Assembly: GCA_965227515.1 (NCBI GenBank)
Contig: CBDDFZ010000001.1
Coordinates: forward strand, 3,424,001 to 3,488,000
Direction of reading: 5' to 3'
DNA: 64,000 nt
Origin: Alphaproteobacteria bacterium
GTDB lineage: Bacteria > Pseudomonadota > Alphaproteobacteria > CALKHQ01
A model generated the notes under the pieces. That model made no database searches. It was not told the DNA's origin and saw only the letters and a program-made list of their open reading frames with translations. This document shows, piece after piece, positions 1-10,542 of the stretch. Within the stretch, counting starts at the first letter, position 1; every line of letters begins with the position of its first letter. The translations under genes and the position numbers were made by a program.

Positions 1-47
1 TGGCGGTCGCGTTCGATACCTTCGCCAAGTCGCGAAGACGGACATGA
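1..47 (+). CDS. 3' end of a CDS entering the window (possibly a sugar ABC permease)
   Basis: Frame reads AVAFDTFAKSRRRT-TGA(45-47). Hydrophobic-then-basic tail resembles RbsC-type permease C-termini. Confidence 0.35.
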   Translation, partial: AVAFDTFAKSRRRT

Positions 48-63
48 CACCCAGGGTAACCAT

Positions 64-1161
64 CTAACGCGCCGGCAGAACGAACTGCGGAGTGATCGCC
101 CGGCCGTCTCGCGCCGCGTGAAGCACCGCCTCGGTTGCCGCAAGCGTGGCCAGTCCGTCGGCAGCGGACACCATGGGCAGCGCATCTGCGCGTATCACAT
201 CGCAGAAGTGCCTGAGCTGGGTCAGCAGTGCGGTGCGTGGCCCAGCCTCGATCTCCCGTACCTGGAGCGGGTCCGACCAGCCGCCGGACGCCGGGTCGGC
301 ATGACGCCAAAGTTTGATCCTCGGGAACTCCAGCGACCCGGCGGTGCCGAACAAGCGATACGGGTTCTCCGCCGTCGCAGGCACCAGCGGGTTCTCGCCG
401 GTCGCCTGCTCCCAGCCCCACGGCGACGGCGCGGCATCGGACATGGTCACGGTCCCCACGGCACCGCCACGGAACCGCAGCAGAATGGCGGCCGTATCCT
501 CGACCGCGAACCCGCGGGCCGCGTGGCTGCACAACGCCTGCACGCTTTCGATCTCACCGCACAGCGCGCGCAGCATGTCGATGTCGTGGATCAGGTTGAT
601 CAGGACGGGACCGCCCCCGGGCGACCGCCGCCAGGCCACGTCGTAGTAGCTCTCCGGCTTGCGTACCGCCCAGATGGCGTTGACCGCAAGCAGTTGGCCA
701 ATGCCACCCTCGCCCATCAGGTCCTGCGCCAGCCGCACCGAGGGATCGAAACGCCGATGATGCCCGGTCAGCACGCAAACGTTCGCTTCCGTGGCCGCGT
801 CCAACAGGCGGCGGCCGGCGGCCACGGTATCGGCGATCGGCTTTTCAACCAGCACCGGCACGCCGCGTTCGATGTACCGCAGCGCAGTCTCGACATGGTC
901 CGGCGTCGGCGTCGCGACAATCACGCCGTCACAGGTGCCGGCCTCTGCGAGCGCCGCGCCGTCGCGCATCCAAGGGGCATCAAGTTCAGCCGCCAACGCC
1001 TCCCCGTCCGGTGTCGGGTCGGCTATCGCGCCCAGCTCGCAGAAGCCCTCGGCCGCCACCAGCCGCGCGTGACGTGCACCGATGACGCCGGCGCCGACGA
1101 TGCCGATGCGTGGCCGGGAATTCTCGCAGCTTATTTGCACCCGGGCTTCTTGCAACGCCAT
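64..1161 (-). CDS. Gfo/Idh/MocA family oxidoreductase
   Basis: Rossmann motif IGIVGAGVIG, plus VLVEKP, GHHRRF and GGGPVLINLIHDID. Start uncertain (ORF extends to 1203). Confidence 0.9.
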   Translation of the reverse strand: MALQEARVQISCENSRPRIGIVGAGVIGARHARLVAAEGFCELGAIADPTPDGEALAAELDAPWMRDGAALAEAGTCDGVIVATPTPDHVETALRYIERGVPVLVEKPIADTVAAGRRLLDAATEANVCVLTGHHRRFDPSVRLAQDLMGEGGIGQLLAVNAIWAVRKPESYYDVAWRRSPGGGPVLINLIHDIDMLRALCGEIESVQALCSHAARGFAVEDTAAILLRFRGGAVGTVTMSDAAPSPWGWEQATGENPLVPATAENPYRLFGTAGSLEFPRIKLWRHADPASGGWSDPLQVREIEAGPRTALLTQLRHFCDVIRADALPMVSAADGLATLAATEAVLHAARDGRAITPQFVLPAR

Positions 1162-1318
1162 GCGCACCTGCGCAAGCCGACAACGCGCATCGGAATGGAC
1201 CAAATGCCGCTGCGGCGCTCATACCGTTGGTTGAAGACACCCATCTGACCACATGCGACAGTGGGCAGGTCGTCAGTCGCTCCGGCTTCGCATAGCCCAT
1301 CTCAGAGGATGCATCACA

Positions 1319-1909
1319 TTGGACAACGGCAAGCAGATTGCAGTCATACTTGGCCATCCGGATCCGGACCCCAGTCGGCTGTGCAGTGCGTTGGTGAATG
1401 CCTATATGATCGGTGCCCGGGCAGGCGGGCATCATGTGCGCCGGATCGACGTTGCCGAGTTGGATTTTCCCTGGATCAAGAACAAGGCGGACTTCGAGGA
1501 CGGGCCGCGCCCACCCGACATCGTGCGCGCGCAAGATGCCATTCACGCGGCGAACCACCTGGTCCTGGTGTACCCGCTGTGGCACGGCACCATGCCAGCC
1601 CTGATGAAGGCCTTCATCGAGCAAGTGTTTCGCTACGATTTTGCGTTCGAGCCTGAGCCGAAGGGCCGATACCGCAAGCTCTTGACCGGCCGTTCGGCAC
1701 GGGTCGCGATCACGATGGGCATGCCCGCATTGGCCTATCGCTTCTGGTTCCGTGCCCACAGCCTGAAGAACCTGGAACGCAATGTGCTCAAATTCTCCGG
1801 CATCGGGCCAATTCGCGAAAGCCTGTTCGGCATGGTCGAGGATGCAAGCGAGACCGTGCGCGCCAACTGGCTGCAGCGCATGGAGAGGCTGGGCCAGCAG
1901 GGCGCTTAG
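1319..1909 (+). CDS. NAD(P)H-dependent oxidoreductase, flavodoxin-like fold (MdaB/KefF/Flavodoxin_2)
   Basis: ILGHPDPD, LVLVYPLWHGTMPALMKAFIE and LLTGRSARVAITMG motifs. TTG start with AGAGGA upstream. Confidence 0.88.
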   Translation: MDNGKQIAVILGHPDPDPSRLCSALVNAYMIGARAGGHHVRRIDVAELDFPWIKNKADFEDGPRPPDIVRAQDAIHAANHLVLVYPLWHGTMPALMKAFIEQVFRYDFAFEPEPKGRYRKLLTGRSARVAITMGMPALAYRFWFRAHSLKNLERNVLKFSGIGPIRESLFGMVEDASETVRANWLQRMERLGQQGA

Positions 1910-1916
1910 AGCTTGA

Positions 1917-2657
1917 TCAGGCTTGCGCGGCCTCATCCAGCGCGCGGCGCAGGCCGGCAACGCACGCCGGGTCCACGGCCCTGAGCCCGGCCGGCGGCAC
2001 GAATCCAAGCGCGAGTTCCGGTCCGTCACCCGCCCCTGGCGGCACCATCCGGTGGCAGGAGGCATGCACCTCGTCAACGCCGGTGGCACGCACGATGTCG
2101 ACCACATTGTCGGGCTCGATGCCGGCGCCGGCCATGATCGAGATCTTGCCGGCCGCCGCCGCGACGGTCTCGGTCAGCCGCGCCATCCCCTCAGGAACCG
2201 ATGGCGCCTGGCCAGAGGTCAGGATGCGGGCGATGCCGGCTTCGATGGCGTCGGCAACGCCCTGCCGGAAATCCGGGATCACATCGAACGCCCGGTGCAG
2301 GGTCGCCGGCAACCCGGCCCGGCCGACCAGTTCTGCCAGGAACGCGCGGTCCAGGCGACGGTCCGGCGTCAGCACGCCGACGACGATCCCGGCCATGCCC
2401 GCACCGGCAGCGGCTTCGGCGTCGCGCAGCATCATCGCCTTCTCTTCGGGGGAGAACACGAACCCGCCGCCGCGCGGGCGCATCATCGCCATCGCCGGCA
2501 CCGGCAGGCGCGCCACAGCTTCCATCAGGGCGACCGGCGGCGTCAGGCCATCCTCGCTGAGTGCCGCACACAGTTCGATGCGATCGGCCCCGTTATCGGC
2601 GGCGATATGCGCGCCCTCGATGGTGTCGACGCAGATGTCCAGCGGGATGTGCTTCAT
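1917..2657 (-). CDS. cutC: Copper homeostasis protein CutC
   Basis: LDICVD..GADRIELCAALSEDGLTP, MMRPRGGGF, TLHRAFD and RILTSGQ motifs. Confidence 0.93.
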   Translation of the reverse strand: MKHIPLDICVDTIEGAHIAADNGADRIELCAALSEDGLTPPVALMEAVARLPVPAMAMMRPRGGGFVFSPEEKAMMLRDAEAAAGAGMAGIVVGVLTPDRRLDRAFLAELVGRAGLPATLHRAFDVIPDFRQGVADAIEAGIARILTSGQAPSVPEGMARLTETVAAAAGKISIMAGAGIEPDNVVDIVRATGVDEVHASCHRMVPPGAGDGPELALGFVPPAGLRAVDPACVAGLRRALDEAAQA

Positions 2658-2664
2658 GGTCGCC

Positions 2665-3516
2665 CTACTTCTCGTCCGATTGTGGGTCTGCCGCGTCCTG
2701 CGCATCGGCGTCGGCGCCCGGCGGCTGGTCTTCGATCAACCCGGTTTGCGGCGGCGCGGTCGGCCGGTCCCATTCCTTCAGCGGGCCAGGCTCGCCGCCG
2801 GCCATGGAGCCGCCCGGCGGCACTGTCGGCTGCGCCTGCTCTTCGGCGGATCGCATGTCCTCCGGGGTCACCATGCCGCCGGAGACCACCATCTTGATGC
2901 CCTCCTCCACCGTCATGCTGAGGTACACCAGCTCGGTTTCCGGGATGAACAGCAGGTACCCCGACGTCGGGTTCGGTGTCGTCGGCAGGAAGACGTTGAC
3001 CATGCGGTCGGCGGTCTGGTTCTGGATTTCGCCCTCGGTCACGCCGGTGATGAAGCCCAGCGCCCAACTCCCGCGGCGCGGATACTCGAACAGGACCACC
3101 TGACGGAAGGAGTCGTTCTGGCCCTTGAACACCATCTCGAACACTTGCTTCAGGAAGCTGTAGACCGAGCGTACGATGGGCATACGGGCCAGCAGCGACT
3201 CGTACGTACGCACGAACATGCGGCCGATGAAGCCGGTGGTCATTGCGCCGATCAGGGTGATGCCGATCAGCACCACGATGACGCCGACGCCGGGCACCGT
3301 GATCGGCAGGTACTGGTTGGGCACCCACTCCGGCGGCAACAGGTTCGTGACCGTCTCGTCGATCCACTCGACGATGCCCAGAACCAGCCAGACGGTGATG
3401 GCGATCGGCGCGCTGATCAGCACGCCGGCGATGAACCACCGGCGCAGGCGCGCCAGCACGCCTGTGCGGTGGCGGCGCTCCTTCCTCGGCGGCGGCCGAT
3501 AAGTACGGGCGTTCAT
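2665..3516 (-). CDS. DUF502 (COV1-like) membrane protein
   Basis: Two TM helices, VLFEYPRRGSW, FLPTTPNPTSGYLLF and EEGIKMVVSGG. Confidence 0.92.
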   Translation of the reverse strand: MNARTYRPPPRKERRHRTGVLARLRRWFIAGVLISAPIAITVWLVLGIVEWIDETVTNLLPPEWVPNQYLPITVPGVGVIVVLIGITLIGAMTTGFIGRMFVRTYESLLARMPIVRSVYSFLKQVFEMVFKGQNDSFRQVVLFEYPRRGSWALGFITGVTEGEIQNQTADRMVNVFLPTTPNPTSGYLLFIPETELVYLSMTVEEGIKMVVSGGMVTPEDMRSAEEQAQPTVPPGGSMAGGEPGPLKEWDRPTAPPQTGLIEDQPPGADADAQDAADPQSDEK

Positions 3517-3664
3517 TGCCCCCTGGCGTTGCTGCGGGTCACGCGTACACCCCTTGCCCGGACGATCAGCCCATCATGATGCCGGAATTCGTCGGGATTG
3601 TATTGGGCATTCGCACCCGTGGCACGGAGTAGCGCTCACGCCACCAGCACCCCCGGACCCTACC

Positions 3665-6600
3665 TCAGCCGACAGCCCCGATGTCGTGGATGACGCCGGC
3701 GCTGACACGGCGGATCAACTCATAGAACCGTGACAGCGGGTCGAAGATGGTCCGGTGTTCGCGCAGATAGGATTGCGCCTGCTCGGTCTCGTATGTCGCC
3801 GGCTCGCCGAACCCCTCTTGCACGTCGCCGGCATCGGTCTGCGGGAAGATCATGTTGAGGGAGTCGATCACGTGGGCGACGTCCAGATGCAGCACGTGGG
3901 TGATCAAGGTGTCGCGGTCGACGTCGTGCTGGATGCTGAAATCGGGGATGTGCATGGCCAGCACGTAGACTTGCTGGATCAGTGCGATCCTGATGGCGTG
4001 CAGCAGTTTCAGGTTGGAGCGCTTCTCGGCGGACACCAGGGCATGTCCGGCCGGCACCACCGTCTCGGCGCGCAACGCACGCAACGCATCGTCCAGGTCG
4101 CTGCAGTCGCGCCGCAGCTTGCGGAAGATGCGGACCAGCCGGGCGTGAATGTCCAGCCGTTCCAGATGCGCCACAAGCTGGCGGATTGCCTCGCGCCGTT
4201 CGCGGTCGGGTTCCCGGCTGCCGCGCAACAGCCACAGGCCGGGATCGAGGGTGTCGATATAGGCCTTCAGCACATCCAGGTCGGAGAACGCGCGCGCATA
4301 TTCCACCATGCCCAGCAGGCGGCGGAACCGCGGCGAGTCCGCATAGAGCGCGCGAAAGCCCGCCGGGTCGCCACGCACCGCGCGCCCCAGGCCGCCGACC
4401 GTGTTCGCCAGCAGGCCCATCTGCTGCAGGATGGCATTGTGCGGGATCGCCCTGATCTGGGAAGGGTGTAGCCCGCCGCCATCCTCGCCATAGTCGTGCT
4501 GGCGCCGGAACGCGCGGCTGCCGGTCTTGTGCAACAGGTTGGGGCCGAACGCGCCGAGCAGCGCGGCATAGTTCGGATCGTCCATCACTTCGGCATTGAA
4601 GTGCTGCACGCCGCTGAAGAACTCCTCGACCCCGGCGGGGTCGGCATAGAACGGGTCGCCCCCTTCGCCGTTATCGCCGTTCTCCGCCGCCTTCTCCTCG
4701 CCCGGCGGCAACGGGCCTAGCGCGTGCTCCAGCACACGGGTGACAGAGGCGAACGCCATCTCCGGCGTGATGAAATAGAGGTACCCGTCGCCGCCCTGGA
4801 AGCTGGACTCCTGCTTCAGCTCGACGCCGTCCTCTTGCAGACCCGCGCGCACGGCGGGCGAGCAGATGTAGTTCAGGCGGTCGACGAAGCTGGCCGGATG
4901 GCCGCCACGGCCGATCGACTCCCCGTGGGTGTTGAACACCACCAGCTGCACCTCGGCGAGATCGGGGGCCGTCAGCAGCGCGCCGACACGGCGCTGCAAC
5001 CGCTCGATCGCCACCGCTGAAGCGGTCTGGCCGAGATACCGCCCCGCATCCGAGAAACCGGTCTGGATGCACAGCCGGCGCGTCTTGCGGACGTAGTCGC
5101 GGTAATGCGGCTGGTCCAGCAGATCGGCGATCACCTGGTCGCCCCGCCGCAGCGCGGTCTCGGTCTCGAACAGCGGCGAAATTTCGATCCGGTCCTCTAT
5201 GCCGAACAGCCGCGCGTAGTACAGCGCCACCAGCACGGTGAAGGGCGTATCGCACTCGGCGATCAGGAAGCGCACCGGCTGGCTGTGGTCGATGTACTTC
5301 AGCATTTGCGCGACCACCATGAACAGGCGCTTGGCCGACGCCCGTTCCGCGATCAGCGAGCCGAAGTTGATCGACACCGGCTCCACCTCGTCGATCAGGC
5401 CGTTAATGGCAACCAGATAGCGGTTGCGGCTGGTCGGATCGTCGGGCGCGGAGTCCATGCCGATCTGCTTGCGGACCGCATTGTGGAGCTGGCTTGCGTT
5501 CAGGCGCACATGGGTGCCGGCAAGCCCCAGCCCCTGGTTGGCCACCTCGGCGCGCAGCACACACAGGTCGCGCGCGCCCTCGTCGGTGCGCATCTGGCCG
5601 ATGGCGCGGTTGATCAGGTCGATCACCTCGCCGGTGTCGACCACGCGCTGTGGCAAGTGGGCATACATGCGGCTGGACAACGCCTTGATCCGGTCGGTCT
5701 CGTCGCCATCGTGGTCGTCGCTAGCGGCGGCAAAGCCGGCGATCTCGTCCTCGACCTGACGCAGCGTCAGCACCAGGCGGCTTTCCACCAGCTCCAGTGT
5801 GCGGCGCAGGTCCTCGTCGCGCGGCGCGCGCGCGTGGGTTTCGATCATGTCTGACACCGCGGCCGCATGGTGGCGCAACTGCGCCGCCTGCACGATCAGC
5901 CGCTTCTGGAACGTCTGCCACCACCCGATATCGGCGCGACCGTCCAGGTCATAGCCGACCCAGCTTGCAATGGTGATCAGCCGGGGGTCGATATGGCGCC
6001 AGTTCTGCGGATAGAGCCGTGCCGCGATCTCGAAGACGATGCCGTAGACCCGGCTGAGCGCGGCCCGGGCATGGCTGATCGCCAGCATCGAGAGTTCGTG
6101 CTCGCGATCGAGGGTCAGCGTCGGCTCCGGGCTGTGATCGGCATCCATCGCCATGCGCAGGCGCGCATCGATATCGTCACCGCCCATCGGCCGGCCGTCG
6201 CCGACGCTGCCCACCGCCAGTTCCGCCAGCGCGCGCAACAACGGCTCCGGTGTCGAGAATGTCGGGTGGGCTGTGAACACGATGCCGAACAACGCCTGCT
6301 CGATGGTGTGCTTGAAGGTCTCGAACGGCGCCTGCACCCGCGCCCCGTCCTGCCCGGTTTCCCATGCCAGATCTTCGACCAGCGTGCGCAGACGCTCGGC
6401 ATTACGCGTGGTGTCGGTTTCGCCGACATAAGCACCCAGCCGTTCGGCCCGAATGACATAGGCCTCGGCACTGAGTTCCTGGATCAGTTGCTCGATGGCG
6501 GCGTATTTCAGCTCCCCGGCATCCAGCCGCCGACCCAGTTCCAGGGCCACGCGCTGGATAGGATTGCTGTAGGGGTCGTCGGCCGCCGCCTCCTCGAAGC

Positions 6601-6856
6601 GGGTATGCATCGCCGTGACGTCGGCCAGCAGGTCGCGCGCGGCGGCTGTGTCGGAATCCGCGAAGCAGCGCTTCTCGGGCGGCAGGAAGGGTGTCGTCCG
6701 CGCTGCCACCAGCGCGCGAAACCGGTCCATCAACGGCGGGGCATCGGCCTCGGCATCGCCCGCATCGGCAGGCGCACCCGCCGGTCCGGCGCTTGCGACC
6801 GCCTCGCCCGTCGCCGCCTCTTCATGCGTCACCGTATCCGGTGCGTCTTCGTGCAT
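3665..6856 (-). CDS. ppc: Phosphoenolpyruvate carboxylase, divergent alphaproteobacterial type
   Basis: VFTAHPT, SWVGYDLDGR, ISPLFET, GFSD, GESIGRGG and IRAIPHN motifs. GAGGAG RBS before ATG at 6856. Confidence 0.85.
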   Translation of the reverse strand: MHEDAPDTVTHEEAATGEAVASAGPAGAPADAGDAEADAPPLMDRFRALVAARTTPFLPPEKRCFADSDTAAARDLLADVTAMHTRFEEAAADDPYSNPIQRVALELGRRLDAGELKYAAIEQLIQELSAEAYVIRAERLGAYVGETDTTRNAERLRTLVEDLAWETGQDGARVQAPFETFKHTIEQALFGIVFTAHPTFSTPEPLLRALAELAVGSVGDGRPMGGDDIDARLRMAMDADHSPEPTLTLDREHELSMLAISHARAALSRVYGIVFEIAARLYPQNWRHIDPRLITIASWVGYDLDGRADIGWWQTFQKRLIVQAAQLRHHAAAVSDMIETHARAPRDEDLRRTLELVESRLVLTLRQVEDEIAGFAAASDDHDGDETDRIKALSSRMYAHLPQRVVDTGEVIDLINRAIGQMRTDEGARDLCVLRAEVANQGLGLAGTHVRLNASQLHNAVRKQIGMDSAPDDPTSRNRYLVAINGLIDEVEPVSINFGSLIAERASAKRLFMVVAQMLKYIDHSQPVRFLIAECDTPFTVLVALYYARLFGIEDRIEISPLFETETALRRGDQVIADLLDQPHYRDYVRKTRRLCIQTGFSDAGRYLGQTASAVAIERLQRRVGALLTAPDLAEVQLVVFNTHGESIGRGGHPASFVDRLNYICSPAVRAGLQEDGVELKQESSFQGGDGYLYFITPEMAFASVTRVLEHALGPLPPGEEKAAENGDNGEGGDPFYADPAGVEEFFSGVQHFNAEVMDDPNYAALLGAFGPNLLHKTGSRAFRRQHDYGEDGGGLHPSQIRAIPHNAILQQMGLLANTVGGLGRAVRGDPAGFRALYADSPRFRRLLGMVEYARAFSDLDVLKAYIDTLDPGLWLLRGSREPDRERREAIRQLVAHLERLDIHARLVRIFRKLRRDCSDLDDALRALRAETVVPAGHALVSAEKRSNLKLLHAIRIALIQQVYVLAMHIPDFSIQHDVDRDTLITHVLHLDVAHVIDSLNMIFPQTDAGDVQEGFGEPATYETEQAQSYLREHRTIFDPLSRFYELIRRVSAGVIHDIGAVG

Positions 6857-7059
6857 GGAATCCAGCTCCTCGTTCCCGGCACTGCTCAATACCGCACTGC
6901 TCAATAACCGGGCAGCAATCGTCATGCCACTCCGCAATGACCGCCAGCTGCGCAAGCCTTGGGTCTTCGGGCCGTTCAACTGACCTTAACCACAATCGGC
7001 GCCTAATGCGCCCGCCTCGCCCGCACGGGCCGCACCCCACCGCAGGAGAACGACGCGCC

Positions 7060-7836
7060 ATGAGCCTGAACGTGATCATGCCATGTGCCGGCAGCGGCAC
7101 CCGCCTCGGTCTGCCCTACCCCAAGGAAATCCACCTTGTGGCCCGGGACACTGCGCTGATGGATTTCAGTCTGTCGCTGTGCGAGGACGCCCGCGCCCTG
7201 GTCGGTTCCGTCAGCATCGTGCTGACGCCGGAGAAGGCCGATATCGTGCGCTACCTGGCCAAGTGGCGCGACCGGTTCAATTTCCGCTTCACGTTCTTCG
7301 ACCCGCAATACCACGAATGGGCCGGCAGCGTGCGCTCGGCAGCCCCGCTGTTCGGCGAGCGCAACGTGGTGCTGCTGCCGGACAGCGTGCTGCACCAGGC
7401 GCCCGACAACCCGGTTCTGGCGGCCATCGACCGTGGGCTGGACAGCCACGACGTCATGTTCGGCCACGTGGCCGAGACCGATCCGGCGCGCCTCTGTCGC
7501 CTGGGCGCCCTGCGTGTCGAGGACGGTCGGGTGACCGCGTTCTGCGACAAGCCGGACCGCGACCACGCACGCTTCAACGCGTTCTGGGGTACGTTCGCGT
7601 TCCGGCGCGCCGCGGCCGAGACCCTGCTGGACTTCATGACCCGCTCCATCCGCCGCGAGCCGGTGGACCTGGCCGATCTGGGGCTGTCGGTCGGCACCGT
7701 GCCGCTGGCCGGCTATGAGGACCTGGGCACCTGGCCCAGCCTGCACAACATCGGGCGCTTCTTTGGACCCAACCCGGAGCGCAATGCTACCCTTGGCGAC
7801 CTGCATGAAGATGCAAACGCCCGCGCATCTGCTTGA
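7060..7836 (+). CDS. Sugar-phosphate nucleotidyltransferase family protein
   Basis: IMPCAGSGTRLGLPYPKE (GxGxRL..PK), LPD and YEDLGTW motifs. AGGAG RBS. Confidence 0.8.
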   Translation: MSLNVIMPCAGSGTRLGLPYPKEIHLVARDTALMDFSLSLCEDARALVGSVSIVLTPEKADIVRYLAKWRDRFNFRFTFFDPQYHEWAGSVRSAAPLFGERNVVLLPDSVLHQAPDNPVLAAIDRGLDSHDVMFGHVAETDPARLCRLGALRVEDGRVTAFCDKPDRDHARFNAFWGTFAFRRAAAETLLDFMTRSIRREPVDLADLGLSVGTVPLAGYEDLGTWPSLHNIGRFFGPNPERNATLGDLHEDANARASA

Positions 7837-8081
7837 GCGCAAACACATTTACATACGGTCATCTCGCCCGAATTGACCGCACTGCTGCCCTATTCTATCG
7901 GTAATCGAAGCTATATGTAGCCAACGCACGGCTACGACAGCGCGCGGCCAGAATGGCCCCGGCCGAACCGAACCCTTACGCCACGCCGGCAACAGCGCCG
8001 GATGGCCAGGAACCCGGGACAGGCCGGCGGCGAGTCGCGGCTGTTGGATGGATATAGGCGATTGGCTGCCCTCGGCCCGCG

Positions 8082-10280
8082 ATGACAGGTATGTACGACC
8101 CACCACCACCCTCCGTCTGGAGCACGAACCCCGCATTGCGCCTTGCGCGCCAGGTGTTCGGTGGGCCTGTGCTGCGCATTCCGCTGCCGAAGGCGCCCGA
8201 GCCGCGCCGTCTGTTGAATGCAACGTTCCTCTCGGGCTTCCTGCACCTGGTGCTGGCGGGCGGCGTGCTGTTCGCGTCGGTGTCGGGCGACCTGCTGGAA
8301 GGCAGCTCCAGCGGCGGCGTCGAGATCGTGATGGATGTCACGGGGCTTTCGACCAGTGTCGGCCCGCTCGCCGAGCGCGACATGGCCCCGCGTCCCGACG
8401 AAGGCGACACCTTGGCCGCGCCGCCGGCCGCCGACGACCCCGAGGTCGCCGAAGCCGACACGGCCATCCCGGACACGCCACCTCCCGACACTTTGGCAGC
8501 CGATACGCCGCCTGAACTGGCGGAGGCGGCACCCGACATCATCGACCCCGCAGATGCGCCGGAGGCCGCGCCGGACATCGCGCCGCCGGATGTGGCAGAG
8601 GTGGCCGAAGCCGCGCCTGAGTCGCCGCCGCCATCCATGCCCGACGCCCCGCAGGTGCCCGATGAAACGGCGCTGGCCGCCCTGGCGCCCGACCTGATCG
8701 CGGCCGCACCGCCGGCGCCGCAGGATGCGCCGGCTCCCGAGCCAGCGCCCGCACCGGCGGACGTGCCTTTGGCCGCCGCGCCCTCGCCGCCAACCGCGCC
8801 AACCGAGGACGCGCCGCAAATCGACCCGTTGCCGTCGATACCGCCGCCGCCCGCGCCCGCACCGGACGTCGCGGCCGTGCAACCGATCAGCACTGCGCCC
8901 ACGGCACCGCCGCAGGACACCCTGCCGGCCGACCTGCCGGTGCAACCGCTAGAACCCTTGGCCGAGGCACCGACACCGGACCCGACGCCAACGCCTCAGG
9001 TCGCCGAGGCCCCGCCGCCAACGCCAGAGCCGGCGCCAGAGCCGACTCCGGAGCCGGTTGAGCCGCCTGTGACGGCCGACGTGCCGGTTCCGCCAAGCCC
9101 GGACAGCATTCAGCCGCTGCCGGCCCCGCCCCCAACCGCGCTGACGGCATTCGAGGCGCCCGAAGCGCCAGCCGACGAGCAGCCGGAAGCGCCTGACGAG
9201 CCGTTGCAGCTCGCCGCGGCGGACGTGCCGCCGGTGGTGCCGGAGCCCGAATTGCTGGAGATACCGCGTGGCCTGGCCGGTCCGGAGCGCTTGCAGCCGG
9301 TCGCTCTGTCGCCGCTGCAGGATCCGGTGCCGCCACCGCCGGAAGTGGCCGAGACGCCGCCGGAACCCGAGCTGCCGGAGCCCGACGAGACGACGATGGA
9401 AGAATTGCTGGCGTCCCTGAATGCGCCGCCACCCCCGTCCGCGCCCGACCCGGAGGAACTCGATACCCCCATCGAAGAGACCCAGGAGATTCAACCTCCA
9501 GGCGTGGAGTCGGACCTGGGAGGGGCGCTGGCCGCCGCGCTGGGTGACATCTCCTGCGGTAGTCTCAATCCGCAGGCGACCGACGGCGAAATCCAGGTCA
9601 GCGAGGACGGCATCGTCAGCATTTCAGGGTTCGTGTCATCGGCCGAGGATCTGGACGCATTGCGCACCCGGGTGGCCGCCATTCCCCAGATCAACGGCAT
9701 GGACGAAAGCGGCGTCGTGGCTGTCGAGCCCGGGCTTTGCAGCGGGCTGATCCACTACGTCAATTCCGGCATTGCCGCTTCCGCCGACCCTGAGCTGCCG
9801 GAAGACTTCGACAACATGCCCGCCGAGTTGCAGGCGATCGTCTACAACCCATTGTTCGGGCAGGTAAATGGTGCACAAACCGAGGTCCAGCCCAGCCAGT
9901 ATCTGGACGTCTATTTCGAGACGCCAGACTACCCGGCCTACGCTTATGTCGACTTCTTTCGGGCCGATGGCACCGTGCTGCACATTCTGCCGAGCGAGAC
10001 GTGGCCGAACCACTTCTTCGAAGAGCCGAACCAGACCATCGAGATCACCGGCCAGGATCAAAGCGACGGTCAGGTGTTGGCGGGCGACGTGCTGGGCCAG
10101 GGTATGGTGGTCGCGCTGGTCACCAACCAGCCGGTGTTCCCATTCGGCAGTGTGCGGCCGTGGGAAGAGGACGCGGAATCCTATCTGGCGGCCCTGGACA
10201 TTGCCCTCGCCGAGGCCGAGCTGGTGGATACGTTCGAGTCCGAATACAGCTACGTCTTCATCCAGATCGGCAACCGGTAG
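8082..10280 (+). CDS. Membrane-anchored Pro/Asp/Ala-rich protein with C-terminal DUF4384-like domain
   Basis: TonB-like anchor (SGFLHLVLAG), about 400-aa low-complexity linker, then AYAYVDFFRADGTVLHILP...GQGMVVALVTNQPVF. Confidence 0.7.
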   Translation: MTGMYDPPPPSVWSTNPALRLARQVFGGPVLRIPLPKAPEPRRLLNATFLSGFLHLVLAGGVLFASVSGDLLEGSSSGGVEIVMDVTGLSTSVGPLAERDMAPRPDEGDTLAAPPAADDPEVAEADTAIPDTPPPDTLAADTPPELAEAAPDIIDPADAPEAAPDIAPPDVAEVAEAAPESPPPSMPDAPQVPDETALAALAPDLIAAAPPAPQDAPAPEPAPAPADVPLAAAPSPPTAPTEDAPQIDPLPSIPPPPAPAPDVAAVQPISTAPTAPPQDTLPADLPVQPLEPLAEAPTPDPTPTPQVAEAPPPTPEPAPEPTPEPVEPPVTADVPVPPSPDSIQPLPAPPPTALTAFEAPEAPADEQPEAPDEPLQLAAADVPPVVPEPELLEIPRGLAGPERLQPVALSPLQDPVPPPPEVAETPPEPELPEPDETTMEELLASLNAPPPPSAPDPEELDTPIEETQEIQPPGVESDLGGALAAALGDISCGSLNPQATDGEIQVSEDGIVSISGFVSSAEDLDALRTRVAAIPQINGMDESGVVAVEPGLCSGLIHYVNSGIAASADPELPEDFDNMPAELQAIVYNPLFGQVNGAQTEVQPSQYLDVYFETPDYPAYAYVDFFRADGTVLHILPSETWPNHFFEEPNQTIEITGQDQSDGQVLAGDVLGQGMVVALVTNQPVFPFGSVRPWEEDAESYLAALDIALAEAELVDTFESEYSYVFIQIGNR

Positions 10281-10393
10281 CCGCGCAGTTCGCCTGGCGA
10301 GGCCGGACCACGCGATGTCATGGCGAGGGCGTGCAATTCACGGCGCTGTCGCTTGCCCGCCGTAGAGCTGGCTAGCTCATGGCCAATAACGAT

Positions 10394-10425
10394 CGTCATG
10401 GCCGGGCTTGACCCGGCCATCCACG
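10394..10425. repeat. REP-like palindrome
   Basis: CGTCATGGCCGGGCTTGACCCGGCCATCCACG hairpin between convergent genes, typical of alphaproteobacterial REPs. Confidence 0.75.
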
Positions 10426-10542
10426 ACTTTGGTCCGTAGATGGCAAGCCACGGATGCCACAGCACACGCGCTGCCATAACGCCGGTGGTTGGGGCTAACC
10501 GACCGCTTCTTGAAAGTCGGAAATGGGAGTTTGCCGGACCGC

